A stretch of DNA of 64,000 nucleotides from Planctomycetota bacterium (lineage in GTDB: Bacteria > Planctomycetota > GCA-002687715 > DRQF01): assembly GCA_020639295.1 (NCBI GenBank), contig JACKGY010000003.1, forward strand, positions 159,625 through 223,624, in the 5' to 3' direction. Made by a program: the position numbers and the translations under genes. Shown here one piece after another: positions 21,290-31,016 of the stretch; positions within the stretch are counted from its first letter, which is position 1, and every line of letters starts with the position of its first letter. Under the pieces are notes generated by a model. The model worked only from the letters and a program-made list of their open reading frames with translations. It was not told the origin of the DNA and did no database searches.

Positions 21290-21729
21290 GCTTCGCCCCC
21301 CGCTGCTGGACCGGGCGCCGGGTTCCGCGTCGATCCCGGCGCTGGTCATCAAGCTAAGCCTGACCGATCGTGGCGGCAAGCATCCTCGATCAGGGCGTTC
21401 TCACCGGATCGAAGCGCGCGCCATCGTCGGCTCGCTCGAGTTCGACCGCCTCCCTCGCCGTCGTCCCGGTGCAGATCCGGGGCCCTGCATTGCGTGACTC
21501 GGGCAGGAGTGGTCTGCGACCTTGGTGACGGCGTCGAGGGCAGGTTGGCGCGAGCATCTCCAGCCTGGCCTCGTCGCGGCGCCGTCGATCTCGTTCTCGT
21601 CCCGGTCGGTCACGGAATCGGCCGCGAGAAGCCGGCAATCTCGTCACCCGCGTTCACCTTTCGCCAGGGGCATGGCAGGATCTGGCGAGACCCCTGCGGC
21701 CCGCGGGCCACCCAGCCTAGGACCTGGAC

Positions 21730-23523
<1,794 letters not shown>

Positions 23524-23689
23524 TCGCTCCGATCCGGCCTTCCCGGTTCCGCGCTGCTGCGCCGCCCGCATCGGTGATTCACTCGCGTGACGCCGAAGGA
23601 AAGCCGCCCCGCCAGGCCGGGCCCGGCAGGGCGATTCGCGCGGGTCCATGACGAGGTCGGGGCCCTCGGCGCGCGCCGCGACCGCGTCG

Positions 23690-25075
23690 TCAGCGGGTGA
23701 TGGTCAGGATGGCGTTCGAGAGCACGAAGTCGAAGCTGCCGTTCTGCACGATCACGGCCTGGACGACGAAGGGCGTGCCGGGGGCCACCAGGGGCCAGGG
23801 AACCGTGGCGTCGTGGCGCCCCGCCGCGTCGGTGAGGACGGTCTCGGTCGAGATCCAGGGATAGGCGAAGAGCGTGCCGCCGAAGATGCTCACCGGCGTC
23901 GGGTTCGTGGCCACGAGGTAGTAGGTCCAGCTCGACGGCGCCGCGGCCGCCAGCCGGAAGCGAGCGGGGCTGCCGGGTGTGAGATTGCCATATGTGGTCA
24001 GCACCGGGTGACCGCGCCGGGCGAGCGAGGCGCCGCCGAGGTCGACGAAATCGGCCGGCCGGAGCAGGACGATGCCGGCCTGGCCGGTCGTCGCGTTGGA
24101 ACCGTTGGCCGCCAGGAGACCGCCGCGACTCACCACCGGGGCGAAGCTCGAGGCGAGGTTCCAGTCCGACCAGGCCGGGCCCGGGAGGTTCTGCAGCGCG
24201 ATGCTGCCGTAGCCCTCGACGTGGAGATAGCGACCGAAGGTGCCGAGCTGGAAGGCGGTGTCACCGGACTCGGCGATACCCATGACGTTCGCCGAGCTCA
24301 CCGGGATCGAGTTGAAGGCGGTCCAGATCGGCCCGTCCTGAAAGCGAACGGCCTGCTTGCTTTGCAATTGGCTGGTCGCCGTGTTCGCGCAGCCGCCGCA
24401 GTCGCCGGCCTCGTTGATCCGCCACAGGACGCTGAAGATGTAGTTGAAGCCGGTGCCGACCGGATTGCCGAGGTTCTCGAGCAGCATCGTGTCGAGGTCC
24501 ATGCGGTAGACGTCGGCGACGATCTGGCGCTCGTTGTTGATCGCCTCGGGGACCACCGGAAACACCGAGGTCGGAATCTGGGTGACACCGGTCGTGGCGC
24601 TCCAGTGGTAGCTTCCGCTGAGGATGCCGAGCTTGCCGACCACGTCGCCGAAGTCGTTGATGGCGCGCGCGTCGAAGGGCAGCGCGTTGTTGGCGGCCAT
24701 CGGCAGGAGCATGAATTGGTAGCCCGTGGGGGTCGGCGTCCAGATGATGGCCCGCGACTGGCTGCTCGCGTCCAGGACGCGCCCGACGATCACGCCGAAC
24801 TCGTTGAGATCGTAGACCTCGCTCCAGGTCGCCGTGGCCGGCATCGGCAGGTAGGCGAGGCCCTGAGCGACCGAGCCGACCCAGCCTCTCCGGAATCCGT
24901 TGACCGAGGTGTTGCCGACGATGACGCCGTCGTCGTTGACGCCGACGGCGAAGACCGGGCCGTTGGCGCCGGCGAGCTGGCCGCCGATCAGCTCCACCGA
25001 CCAGGTGGGCGTCTGGGCCACCGCGGTGACCAGGAAGAGGGCGAGGACGAGGGGCGGGCACAGATAACGCGACAT
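23690..25075 (-). CDS. Secreted repeat protein with IN(D/E)xGxVVG-type extracellular repeats (HAF-like).
   Basis: Signal peptide MSRYLCPPLVLALFLVTAVAQT. Repeats seen: VNDDGVIVGN, LNEFGVIVGR, INDFGDVVGK and INNERQIVAD. Confidence 0.6.
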   Translation of the reverse strand: MSRYLCPPLVLALFLVTAVAQTPTWSVELIGGQLAGANGPVFAVGVNDDGVIVGNTSVNGFRRGWVGSVAQGLAYLPMPATATWSEVYDLNEFGVIVGRVLDASSQSRAIIWTPTPTGYQFMLLPMAANNALPFDARAINDFGDVVGKLGILSGSYHWSATTGVTQIPTSVFPVVPEAINNERQIVADVYRMDLDTMLLENLGNPVGTGFNYIFSVLWRINEAGDCGGCANTATSQLQSKQAVRFQDGPIWTAFNSIPVSSANVMGIAESGDTAFQLGTFGRYLHVEGYGSIALQNLPGPAWSDWNLASSFAPVVSRGGLLAANGSNATTGQAGIVLLRPADFVDLGGASLARRGHPVLTTYGNLTPGSPARFRLAAAAPSSWTYYLVATNPTPVSIFGGTLFAYPWISTETVLTDAAGRHDATVPWPLVAPGTPFVVQAVIVQNGSFDFVLSNAILTITR

Positions 25076-25501
25076 GGACGAACTCCTTCCGGGCACGAGG
25101 CCCACCGGGCGAGAGCTTGCGTGGCGCGACCCGGCCGATCGCCGGATTCCAGGGTCGGGGATGGACCGTAGAAGCCGGATACGAAGCAAGCCACGTGCCA
25201 GCGCTCGAACGACGGTTCTGAACCCTCGGATGCCGCGCCTGTCTCCCGATGAGGCATGAACGACCAGGAGCGCCGTGCCCGTTGCGCCGTCGTCCGCGCC
25301 GCGCCTGGGCGAAACTCCCCGGGCCGCGGATCGGCCTATGGGAACGAGGACCCGATGGGCTATCCGAGTAATGTCCATCTGCGATGACGGACTGACCGTC
25401 TTCTCACGCCTCGTTCCCGGTCTCCGTGGGAACTCGGAGACCCGGAGCGTAGAAGAGCGAGTCGACGCAGCAGGGCTTGCGCCCTGTGTCTTCGAGATTC
25501 G

Positions 25502-25741
25502 TCAAACGGCGGTCCAGAAGCGTGCGATGCGCTCCACGATCTCATTAGGCTGCGCCTCAACGTTGTATGCCTCACCGTTCGTCATGACGATGCGCGAGTG
25601 CGTCGAGTCTTCCTCGGGGTCGAGCGGATTGTAAGTGTGGATCGCAGAGATGTACCGCACGTTGAGCGTTACTGGCTCCTTCTCGGACCGTTCGAATGTA
25701 ATGAAAGGGCGCATCGACATTCTTCTACGCGGGGCTATCAA
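25502..25741 (-). CDS. Hypothetical small protein (70-79 aa).
   Basis: Sits in a locally lower-GC stretch. Alternative starts lie at 25720 and 25714. Only a vague resemblance to FlbD-like small proteins (..TNGEAYNVEAQPNEIVERI). Confidence 0.35.
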   Translation of the reverse strand: MIAPRRRMSMRPFITFERSEKEPVTLNVRYISAIHTYNPLDPEEDSTHSRIVMTNGEAYNVEAQPNEIVERIARFWTAV

Positions 25742-25744
25742 GGC

Positions 25745-25974
25745 CTACAGCCGTTTCTCTTTGTAAGACATGGAAGGGCCGATCGGCAAGACCTCGCAGA
25801 TCGGCTCTCCCCCGTGCTCGTCGCGGTGTTCGTCGATGAAACGCACCATCGTCTCTGTCGGCGGTCGAACTCCCCCTGCGCGAAATACGCAGAAGCGTTG
25901 CTCAGGACCTCAGTGGAACGACGAAGTTCCTTTGCCATGCGCTCGAGTTCCTCCAACCACTGCTGCTCGGCAGC
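25745..25974 (-). pseudogene. IS3-family transposase remnant: C-terminus of OrfA plus the first roughly 34 codons of OrfB, truncated.
   Basis: One frame gives QQWLEELERMAKELRRSTEVLSNASAYFAQGEFDRR, like the leucine-zipper end of IS3 OrfA. The adjacent frame gives MVRFIDEHRDEHGGEPICEVLPIGPSMSYKEKRL*, like the N-terminus of IS3 OrfB. No integrase core or inverted repeats were seen. Confidence 0.55.
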
Positions 25975-26222
25975 TGGGACTCCGTCACGACCACCCCCAT
26001 CCACTTCTGATGGTTCTCGGCCGAGCAGTCGATCTTCGCCGCGATCGAGCAGATTGCCCCCTACTCGGATGTGTGCTCGTTCCGGTGCTCCAACGCCATG
26101 CGGACGGCCCACTATCGAACATCCGGCGAGAACTTGCCCTTTCGCCTCAAGACCGTCACTCTCCCAGGAGAAGTGGTCTCCGGGAAACCTGGGCCGATTC
26201 ACGTGGTTGCTTCAAACGGGCG

Positions 26223-26804
26223 GTGACGGTCACGCCTTTCGAGGTCACGACCGTCGAGGTCGGATTCCGACCGGGTCGCGTGGTCGAATTCCGGCCGGCC
26301 GTGGCGGGAGCACCATCCGCCCGCTGGGCGTTGCTCGTCTACGACGAAGTCGGCGGGATCTGCACCGAGTTCGCGGAACGCCAGAGCTTCGGGGGCGAGC
26401 TGGTCCGCGAGGAACAGGCTCCGGAGGGCAGGCTCTACCTCGTCCTGTCCGATGGAACGGGCAGGGGTCGCGCGAAGACGCTCTGCGCGGGACCGGTCCG
26501 GGGGAGGGTTGGACCGGACGACTGGCAACCGGGAGGGCTGGACGTCCACATCGTCCTCGATCCGACTGAGGACGCTCCGGTCGCCGACCGCTTCGAGCTG
26601 CGGATGGAAGGCTCCGTGGTGGCCTACGACGTGGCGGCCAAGGATGGCGGCGCGCTCGCGCGTGGTCTGCCTCCCGGGCTCTACTCGAGCTACGCGCGCG
26701 ACCGTGACGGCGAGATGATCGGCATGACCACCACCGCCATCCGATCGGGCGACCTGAACTCCACCTGTCGAATCAGCCCACGGCGGCGACATCATGCCCG
26801 GTAG
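26223..26804 (+). CDS. Hypothetical beta-rich protein, possibly 5'-truncated.
   Basis: Coding-like frame from a GTG at 26223 (VTVTPFEVTTVEVGF...). The start is very uncertain. It lies directly next to the IS remnant. Confidence 0.35.
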   Translation: MTVTPFEVTTVEVGFRPGRVVEFRPAVAGAPSARWALLVYDEVGGICTEFAERQSFGGELVREEQAPEGRLYLVLSDGTGRGRAKTLCAGPVRGRVGPDDWQPGGLDVHIVLDPTEDAPVADRFELRMEGSVVAYDVAAKDGGALARGLPPGLYSSYARDRDGEMIGMTTTAIRSGDLNSTCRISPRRRHHAR

Positions 26805-27025
26805 CCGACCGCGGTCCCGTTTGCCCGCATCGCGCTCGAAGAGGGGGCCGGTCGGGCAGGCCCTGGCGACGGGACGTCCGCGGCAAGGTGATTCCCCAGG
26901 GCGTTCGCGTCCGATTATCATCGCGGATCGGAGGCCCAGGACCTTCGGTACCGCCTCCGGGAAGTCTTCCGCCGGGAGACCAGGCTCGATCTGACGGTCG
27001 CGTGAAGCGGACTCAGGAGTACCCC

Positions 27026-27634
27026 ATGCCGGAAACCCCCGACAAGAATGCGATCCTCGCGCTGCCCCTCCTGGCGCGTGTGGCCTTCGCCTGCCGTTGC
27101 GCGACCCGTGTCCGGGACGTCATTCGCGACGACGCCGCGGCCGTGGTGGCCACGCGCGCGCGCCTGGTCGCCGAGTTGGTCGCGGTCGGGGGCGTCGACG
27201 CGACGCCGGCTGCGGGAGCCGCGGCCTGGCTGATGGCGATCGCGAGTCTTGCCAGCGCCGCGGCGGGCGATGCTGGTCGGGCCGTCGAGGCCGCCGGTGA
27301 CATGGCAGCCCGCGCCGCGTTCGAGTCGGCCGCGGATACCGCGAGAGCTGCCGCTCGCGCCTGCGAACGCGCAGCATCGGATGCAGCCACCGACGCGGCC
27401 TATGCCGCGGACGAAGCCCTGCGGGCCTTCACCGCGGCGGCCGCCCTCCAGGGCGCCACCGCCGGCGCCGCGGGTGACGACGACTCGCCGAGAACCATCG
27501 CCGCCCGTGAGGCCTGCCGACGAGCGATCTGGCGAGACTACGAGTGCATCCTCGACCGCTCCCGACGCGAGGGCTGGAGCGACCACAGCCCCGTGAGCCA
27601 GGACCACTTCGGAGAGATGTGGCCCGAAGGGTAG
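27026..27634 (+). CDS. Hypothetical Ala-rich protein (202 aa).
   Basis: ATG at 27026 with an AGGAG Shine-Dalgarno 7 nt upstream. Helical Ala/Asp-rich repeats with a distinctive C-terminus WRDYECILDRSRREGWSDH. I recognise no family. Confidence 0.5.
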   Translation: MPETPDKNAILALPLLARVAFACRCATRVRDVIRDDAAAVVATRARLVAELVAVGGVDATPAAGAAAWLMAIASLASAAAGDAGRAVEAAGDMAARAAFESAADTARAAARACERAASDAATDAAYAADEALRAFTAAAALQGATAGAAGDDDSPRTIAAREACRRAIWRDYECILDRSRREGWSDHSPVSQDHFGEMWPEG

Positions 27635-27848
27635 CGCCCATGTAGCGTAGTCAGGTGTCGACTGATTCGGGGGAAGGTCGGTCTTGGGTCTGCGATGGAT
27701 GACGATATTGCAATCTCCCTTGACCGGAAACGGTGGCACTCGCGACTCGGTTGAATCGGCCCGGCGGGCGCCGAGGCCGCGCTCGAGGAAGCCCAGGTGT
27801 CATCTGGGCAGGTAACGACGGAAGCGGAGGAATCGGGGTCATGAGATC

Positions 27849-28460
27849 GTGCGGATGAAACCTCCTTGGGGGCGTTCCTCGGCCGTTCGCGGCCGTCTCG
27901 AATTCCTGTGTTCAATGGCGCTCCTGTGCGCCACGATGTCCTGTCGTGCGGAGTTCACGGACTACGACATCGAGGATCTTCACCTGAATGCGAATTCGGA
28001 CGTGGAGATCTCGGTCCGGCATGTCGAGCGGAAGGAGGGTGGCGTCGTCTCGATCGAATACGACTTGGTGAACAGAGGGGTCGATACCTTGACTCTATCA
28101 ACGATGGTCGGCGCCTCGCGGGGCTTCGATTCTCGCCCATGGCGACGGCGCCCATCGCGACGGCCACTGTTGAACACGAGCTTGCTTCTCCCGTCTGAAT
28201 CGGGTCGTCTGGCCGCGTTCTACTGTCGGTGGGTTTCTCCCCCGCACGACTCGGGTGTCATCCTGATCGCCCCTGGCGGCAAGGCAAGGATGGTCGTGGA
28301 GGCTCGACGCGGCGATACCGACGAGGGTCGGTGGTCGGCGCTGGTGGGAAGGCCCGGCGCTCGCCTCTTCTTCTGTCAGCACAGGATGCGGACCGACGCG
28401 CAAGGACAGAGTTACTCCGAGTCGCTCCGACTCCTCTCCGGGGAGTTCGAGATCAAGTGA
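27849..28460 (+). CDS. Hypothetical lipoprotein-like protein (about 200 aa).
   Basis: Lipobox-like LLCATMSC near the N-terminus. GC is lower than the surrounding sequence. The start is the GTG at 27849 or the ATG at 27855. I recognise no family. Confidence 0.45.
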   Translation: MRMKPPWGRSSAVRGRLEFLCSMALLCATMSCRAEFTDYDIEDLHLNANSDVEISVRHVERKEGGVVSIEYDLVNRGVDTLTLSTMVGASRGFDSRPWRRRPSRRPLLNTSLLLPSESGRLAAFYCRWVSPPHDSGVILIAPGGKARMVVEARRGDTDEGRWSALVGRPGARLFFCQHRMRTDAQGQSYSESLRLLSGEFEIK

Positions 28461-28608
28461 GGCACGAAGTTGCCCTGGCATTCCGGATGACGGCTGCGCT
28501 TGCGCGCGACCAGGTGGGGCACCGACGTTGTCGGACGGACCTGTCTCGGAGGCCGTCCACCACCGACCAGGCTCTCTCGGGCTCGCAGACCCTGGACCGG
28601 GCGCGCGA

Positions 28609-29112
28609 TCAGGTCGGGGCGAGACGGGCGAGGCAGGAGGAGGCGAAGTGGTTCAGGCGGTCCGAGACGATCGAACAGGCGGCCGATCCGTGGCGGGACA
28701 TCTCGAGGCCGTCGGCGGCGTAGTGCCGTCGCTTCTCGTCGCTCCAGCTGGTCCGGAACATCGAGGTCAGGTTCGACAGCCGGTCGGCCATCTTGATGGT
28801 CTGCGCGTCGGGGCTCATGTTGCGGAAGGCGTCGAGCTTCGAGCCTTCGCCGTGGGTCAGCTCCTCGACGAGGGCGACGACCCGGGCCGGGAAGCCGGCA
28901 TGCAGCTCGGCGACGAAGACCTGGTCGCAGTCCTCGAACACATCGTGGAGCGCCGCGGCCGCGAGGATCTCCTGATCGAGCAGGTCGCATTCGATGAGGA
29001 TCGAGACGACGTGCATGGGGTGGACGATGTAGGGCAGGCCGTCCTTCCGGAGCTGGCCGTCATGGGCTCGGGCCGCGAGTCCGATCGCTTGCTGCAGGAC
29101 GTTCATGGGCAA
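28609..29112 (-). CDS. Stand-alone HD-domain (p)ppGpp hydrolase-like protein (small alarmone hydrolase, RelA/SpoT HD family).
   Basis: AARAHDGQLRKDGLPYIVHPMHVVSIL...AAALHDVFEDC matches the SpoT/Mesh1 hydrolase signature (H..HD..ED). It is 165-167 aa and has no synthetase domain. Confidence 0.75.
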   Translation of the reverse strand: MPMNVLQQAIGLAARAHDGQLRKDGLPYIVHPMHVVSILIECDLLDQEILAAAALHDVFEDCDQVFVAELHAGFPARVVALVEELTHGEGSKLDAFRNMSPDAQTIKMADRLSNLTSMFRTSWSDEKRRHYAADGLEMSRHGSAACSIVSDRLNHFASSCLARLAPT

Positions 29113-29281
29113 CCTCCAGGATCATGGCCGCCGTCATCGTCATCGGCGCTCTTCCGTGGCCAGGTCGGTCGGGATGACCCTCGGGGCCTGGTCGCCGGAC
29201 GGCGCTGCGACACAAGCGACACAGGTCGCCGGACGGAACAAAGCAAAGCGCCCACAAGTCCTTGACCTGTGGGCGCTTGAG

Positions 29282-29353
29282 AGCGGGTGATGAGATTTGA
29301 ACTCACGACAGCTGCCTTGGCAAGGCAGTGCTCTACCACTGAGCTACACCCGC
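29282..29353 (-). tRNA. tRNA-Gly (anticodon GCC).
   Basis: The reverse complement reads GCGGGTG TA GCTC AGTGGTA GAGC A CTGCC TTGCCAA GGCAG CTGTC GTGAG TTCAAAT CTCAT CACCCGC T, a full cloverleaf. CCA is not encoded. Confidence 0.92.
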
Positions 29354-29416
29354 GAAATGTGCCGGGATCTTAGCCTCGCGGTCCCTGGCTTCAAGAGCCG
29401 CGGGCAAAAAAGGGGG

Positions 29417-29746
29417 CTACATCGAGAAGGACAGCCCGCAGCCGCAAGTCCCTGTGCTCTTCGGGTTTTGGATCACGAAGCCGGCGTTGGTGAGGCCGTC
29501 GTTGTAGTCGATCACCGAGCCGTCGACGAAGAGCAGACTCTTGGGGTCGATGAAGACCCGGGCCTCGCCGTTCTGGAAGACGTTGTCGCCGTCCTTCTCG
29601 GCGCCGAGCTCCATGACGTACTGGAATCCGGAGCAGCCGCCACCGGTGACGCCGATCCGGAGGCCCTGGCCATCATCGCGGCGCTCGGCCTCGAGCAAGG
29701 ACCTGATCTTGGCCGCGGCCTTGTCGGTCACGATCATCATAACCAT
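29417..29746 (-). CDS. Iron-sulfur cluster insertion/carrier protein, HesB/IscA/ErpA family.
   Basis: 109 aa. Carries GGGCSGFQY and the C-terminal CGCGLSF, the three conserved Cys of A-type carriers. Confidence 0.9.
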   Translation of the reverse strand: MVMMIVTDKAAAKIRSLLEAERRDDGQGLRIGVTGGGCSGFQYVMELGAEKDGDNVFQNGEARVFIDPKSLLFVDGSVIDYNDGLTNAGFVIQNPKSTGTCGCGLSFSM

Positions 29747-29769
29747 CAGTCTCGCAGTTGGTTCCGTGT

Positions 29770-30975
29770 TCAGTTGCGACGGTTCACGGCGCGGAGCGCG
29801 GCGACCGCCTCGGCCACCATGCTAACAGCCTCGTCGATCTCGCTCTCGTGGCTGTAGCGACCGATGCCGAATCTCAGGGCCGCCAGGCCGCGCTTCTCGG
29901 TCAAGCCCATCGCCCGGAGCACGTAGCTCGCCGAGACCTCGGTCGAGTTGCAGGCGCTGCCGGTGCTGATGGCGAGCCGAGGCAGGGCCATGAGCAGGGC
30001 CTCGCTCTCGATCCCGGGGACGCTGACGTTGAGGTTGTTGGCGATCCGCCGGGTCATCGACCCGTTGACCTCGAGCTCCGGGAGCCGGGCGCGCAGGCCG
30101 TCGAGCAGCCGATCGCGCAGGGCGTGGATCCGCTGGTCCTCGTTCGCCATCTCCTTCCCGGCCAGCTCGGCCGCGGCGCCGAGGGCGACGATCAGGGGCA
30201 CGGCCAGGGTTCCGGACCGACGCCCACCCTCGTGGCCGCCGCCGTTGATCTGCTCGACGATGCGTGGCTTCGGGTCGCGGGAGCGCACGTAGAGCGCGCC
30301 GACTCCCTTGGGGGCGTAGATCTTGTGCCCCGAGAAGCTCATCAGGTCGATCTTCATCGCCTCGACGTCGATCGGCAGCTTGCCGAAGGACTGGGCCGCG
30401 TCGCAGTGGAAGAAGGCGCCGCGTTCGCGGCAGATCGCGCCGATCGCCGCGACGTCCTGGATCACGCCGGTCTCGTTGTTCACCTGCATCACCGAGACCA
30501 CGAGGGTCTGGTCGTCGACCGCCTCCCGGAGCCGGTCGAGGTCGAGGAGACCGTCCTCGCCCACCGGCAGGGTCAGGACCTCGAGCCCCAGCTTGCCCAG
30601 GTGCTTCAGGGTGTCGATCGTCGCCTTGTGTTCGGTGCTGACGCTGACGATGCGGTTCCGGCGGCTGCTGCGACCTTCCACCAGGCCCTTCAGGGCGAGG
30701 TTGGTCGACTCGGTGGCGCCGCTGGTCCAGACGATCTCGGCCGGTCGCGCGCCGATCAGCCGCGCCACCTGGCGGCGGCCCTCGTCGACGGCTCGTTCGG
30801 CCTCCCAGCCGTAGGCATGGGTCCGGCTGGCCGCGTTGCCGAACTTCTCGCGCAGGAAAGGCAGCATGGTCTCGAGGACGCGCTCGTCCACCGGGGTCGT
30901 GGCGTTGTAGTCGAGGTAGATGACGGATTCGCTGGGCTTCATGGCCGCCTCGATCGCGGGTTTCGGGAGGAGCAT
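29770..30975 (-). CDS. iscS: Cysteine desulfurase (IscS/NifS class I).
   Basis: IYLDYNATTP, WTSGATESTN, SGHKIYAPKGVGALYV (PLP Lys) and STGSACNS (active-site Cys). The start could instead be the ATG at 30942. Confidence 0.88.
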   Translation of the reverse strand: MLLPKPAIEAAMKPSESVIYLDYNATTPVDERVLETMLPFLREKFGNAASRTHAYGWEAERAVDEGRRQVARLIGARPAEIVWTSGATESTNLALKGLVEGRSSRRNRIVSVSTEHKATIDTLKHLGKLGLEVLTLPVGEDGLLDLDRLREAVDDQTLVVSVMQVNNETGVIQDVAAIGAICRERGAFFHCDAAQSFGKLPIDVEAMKIDLMSFSGHKIYAPKGVGALYVRSRDPKPRIVEQINGGGHEGGRRSGTLAVPLIVALGAAAELAGKEMANEDQRIHALRDRLLDGLRARLPELEVNGSMTRRIANNLNVSVPGIESEALLMALPRLAISTGSACNSTEVSASYVLRAMGLTEKRGLAALRFGIGRYSHESEIDEAVSMVAEAVAALRAVNRRN

Positions 30976-31016
30976 GATATGCTGCCGCGACCGGGCCCGG
31001 AAGCCGGACGAGAGGG

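Noticed and set aside
21290-21729. Small ORFs (70-85 aa, for example 21401-21613 on the minus strand) in the 440-bp divergent region between the hydrolase and the kinase.
   Set aside because: They have Arg/Pro-rich composition, no Shine-Dalgarno and no recognisable motif. The region was treated as non-coding regulatory space.
23691-23701. An 11-nt match (agcgggtgatg) to the 3' end of tRNA-Gly as it reads on the plus strand (29282-29292). It could be an attachment-site repeat that would extend the islet to 23.7 kb.
   Set aside because: The match is short and does not extend into the T-arm sequence. It coincides with the stop-codon region of a normal-composition gene. It may well be chance, and I cannot compute significance here.
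25380-29353. Prophage, integrative element or defence system next to tRNA-Gly.
   Set aside because: No integrase/recombinase, phage structural gene, restriction, Cas, or nuclease/ATPase defence-type ORF is visible in any frame. Only an IS3 scar and orphan genes are present. It is reported as a decayed islet instead.
29372-29401. Hairpin (cctcgcgg...ccgcgggc) followed by AAAAAA between tRNA-Gly and the erpA-like gene, as a possible terminator.
   Set aside because: The A or T tract is on the wrong side of the stem for termination of either the minus-strand erpA-like gene or a plus-strand transcript.
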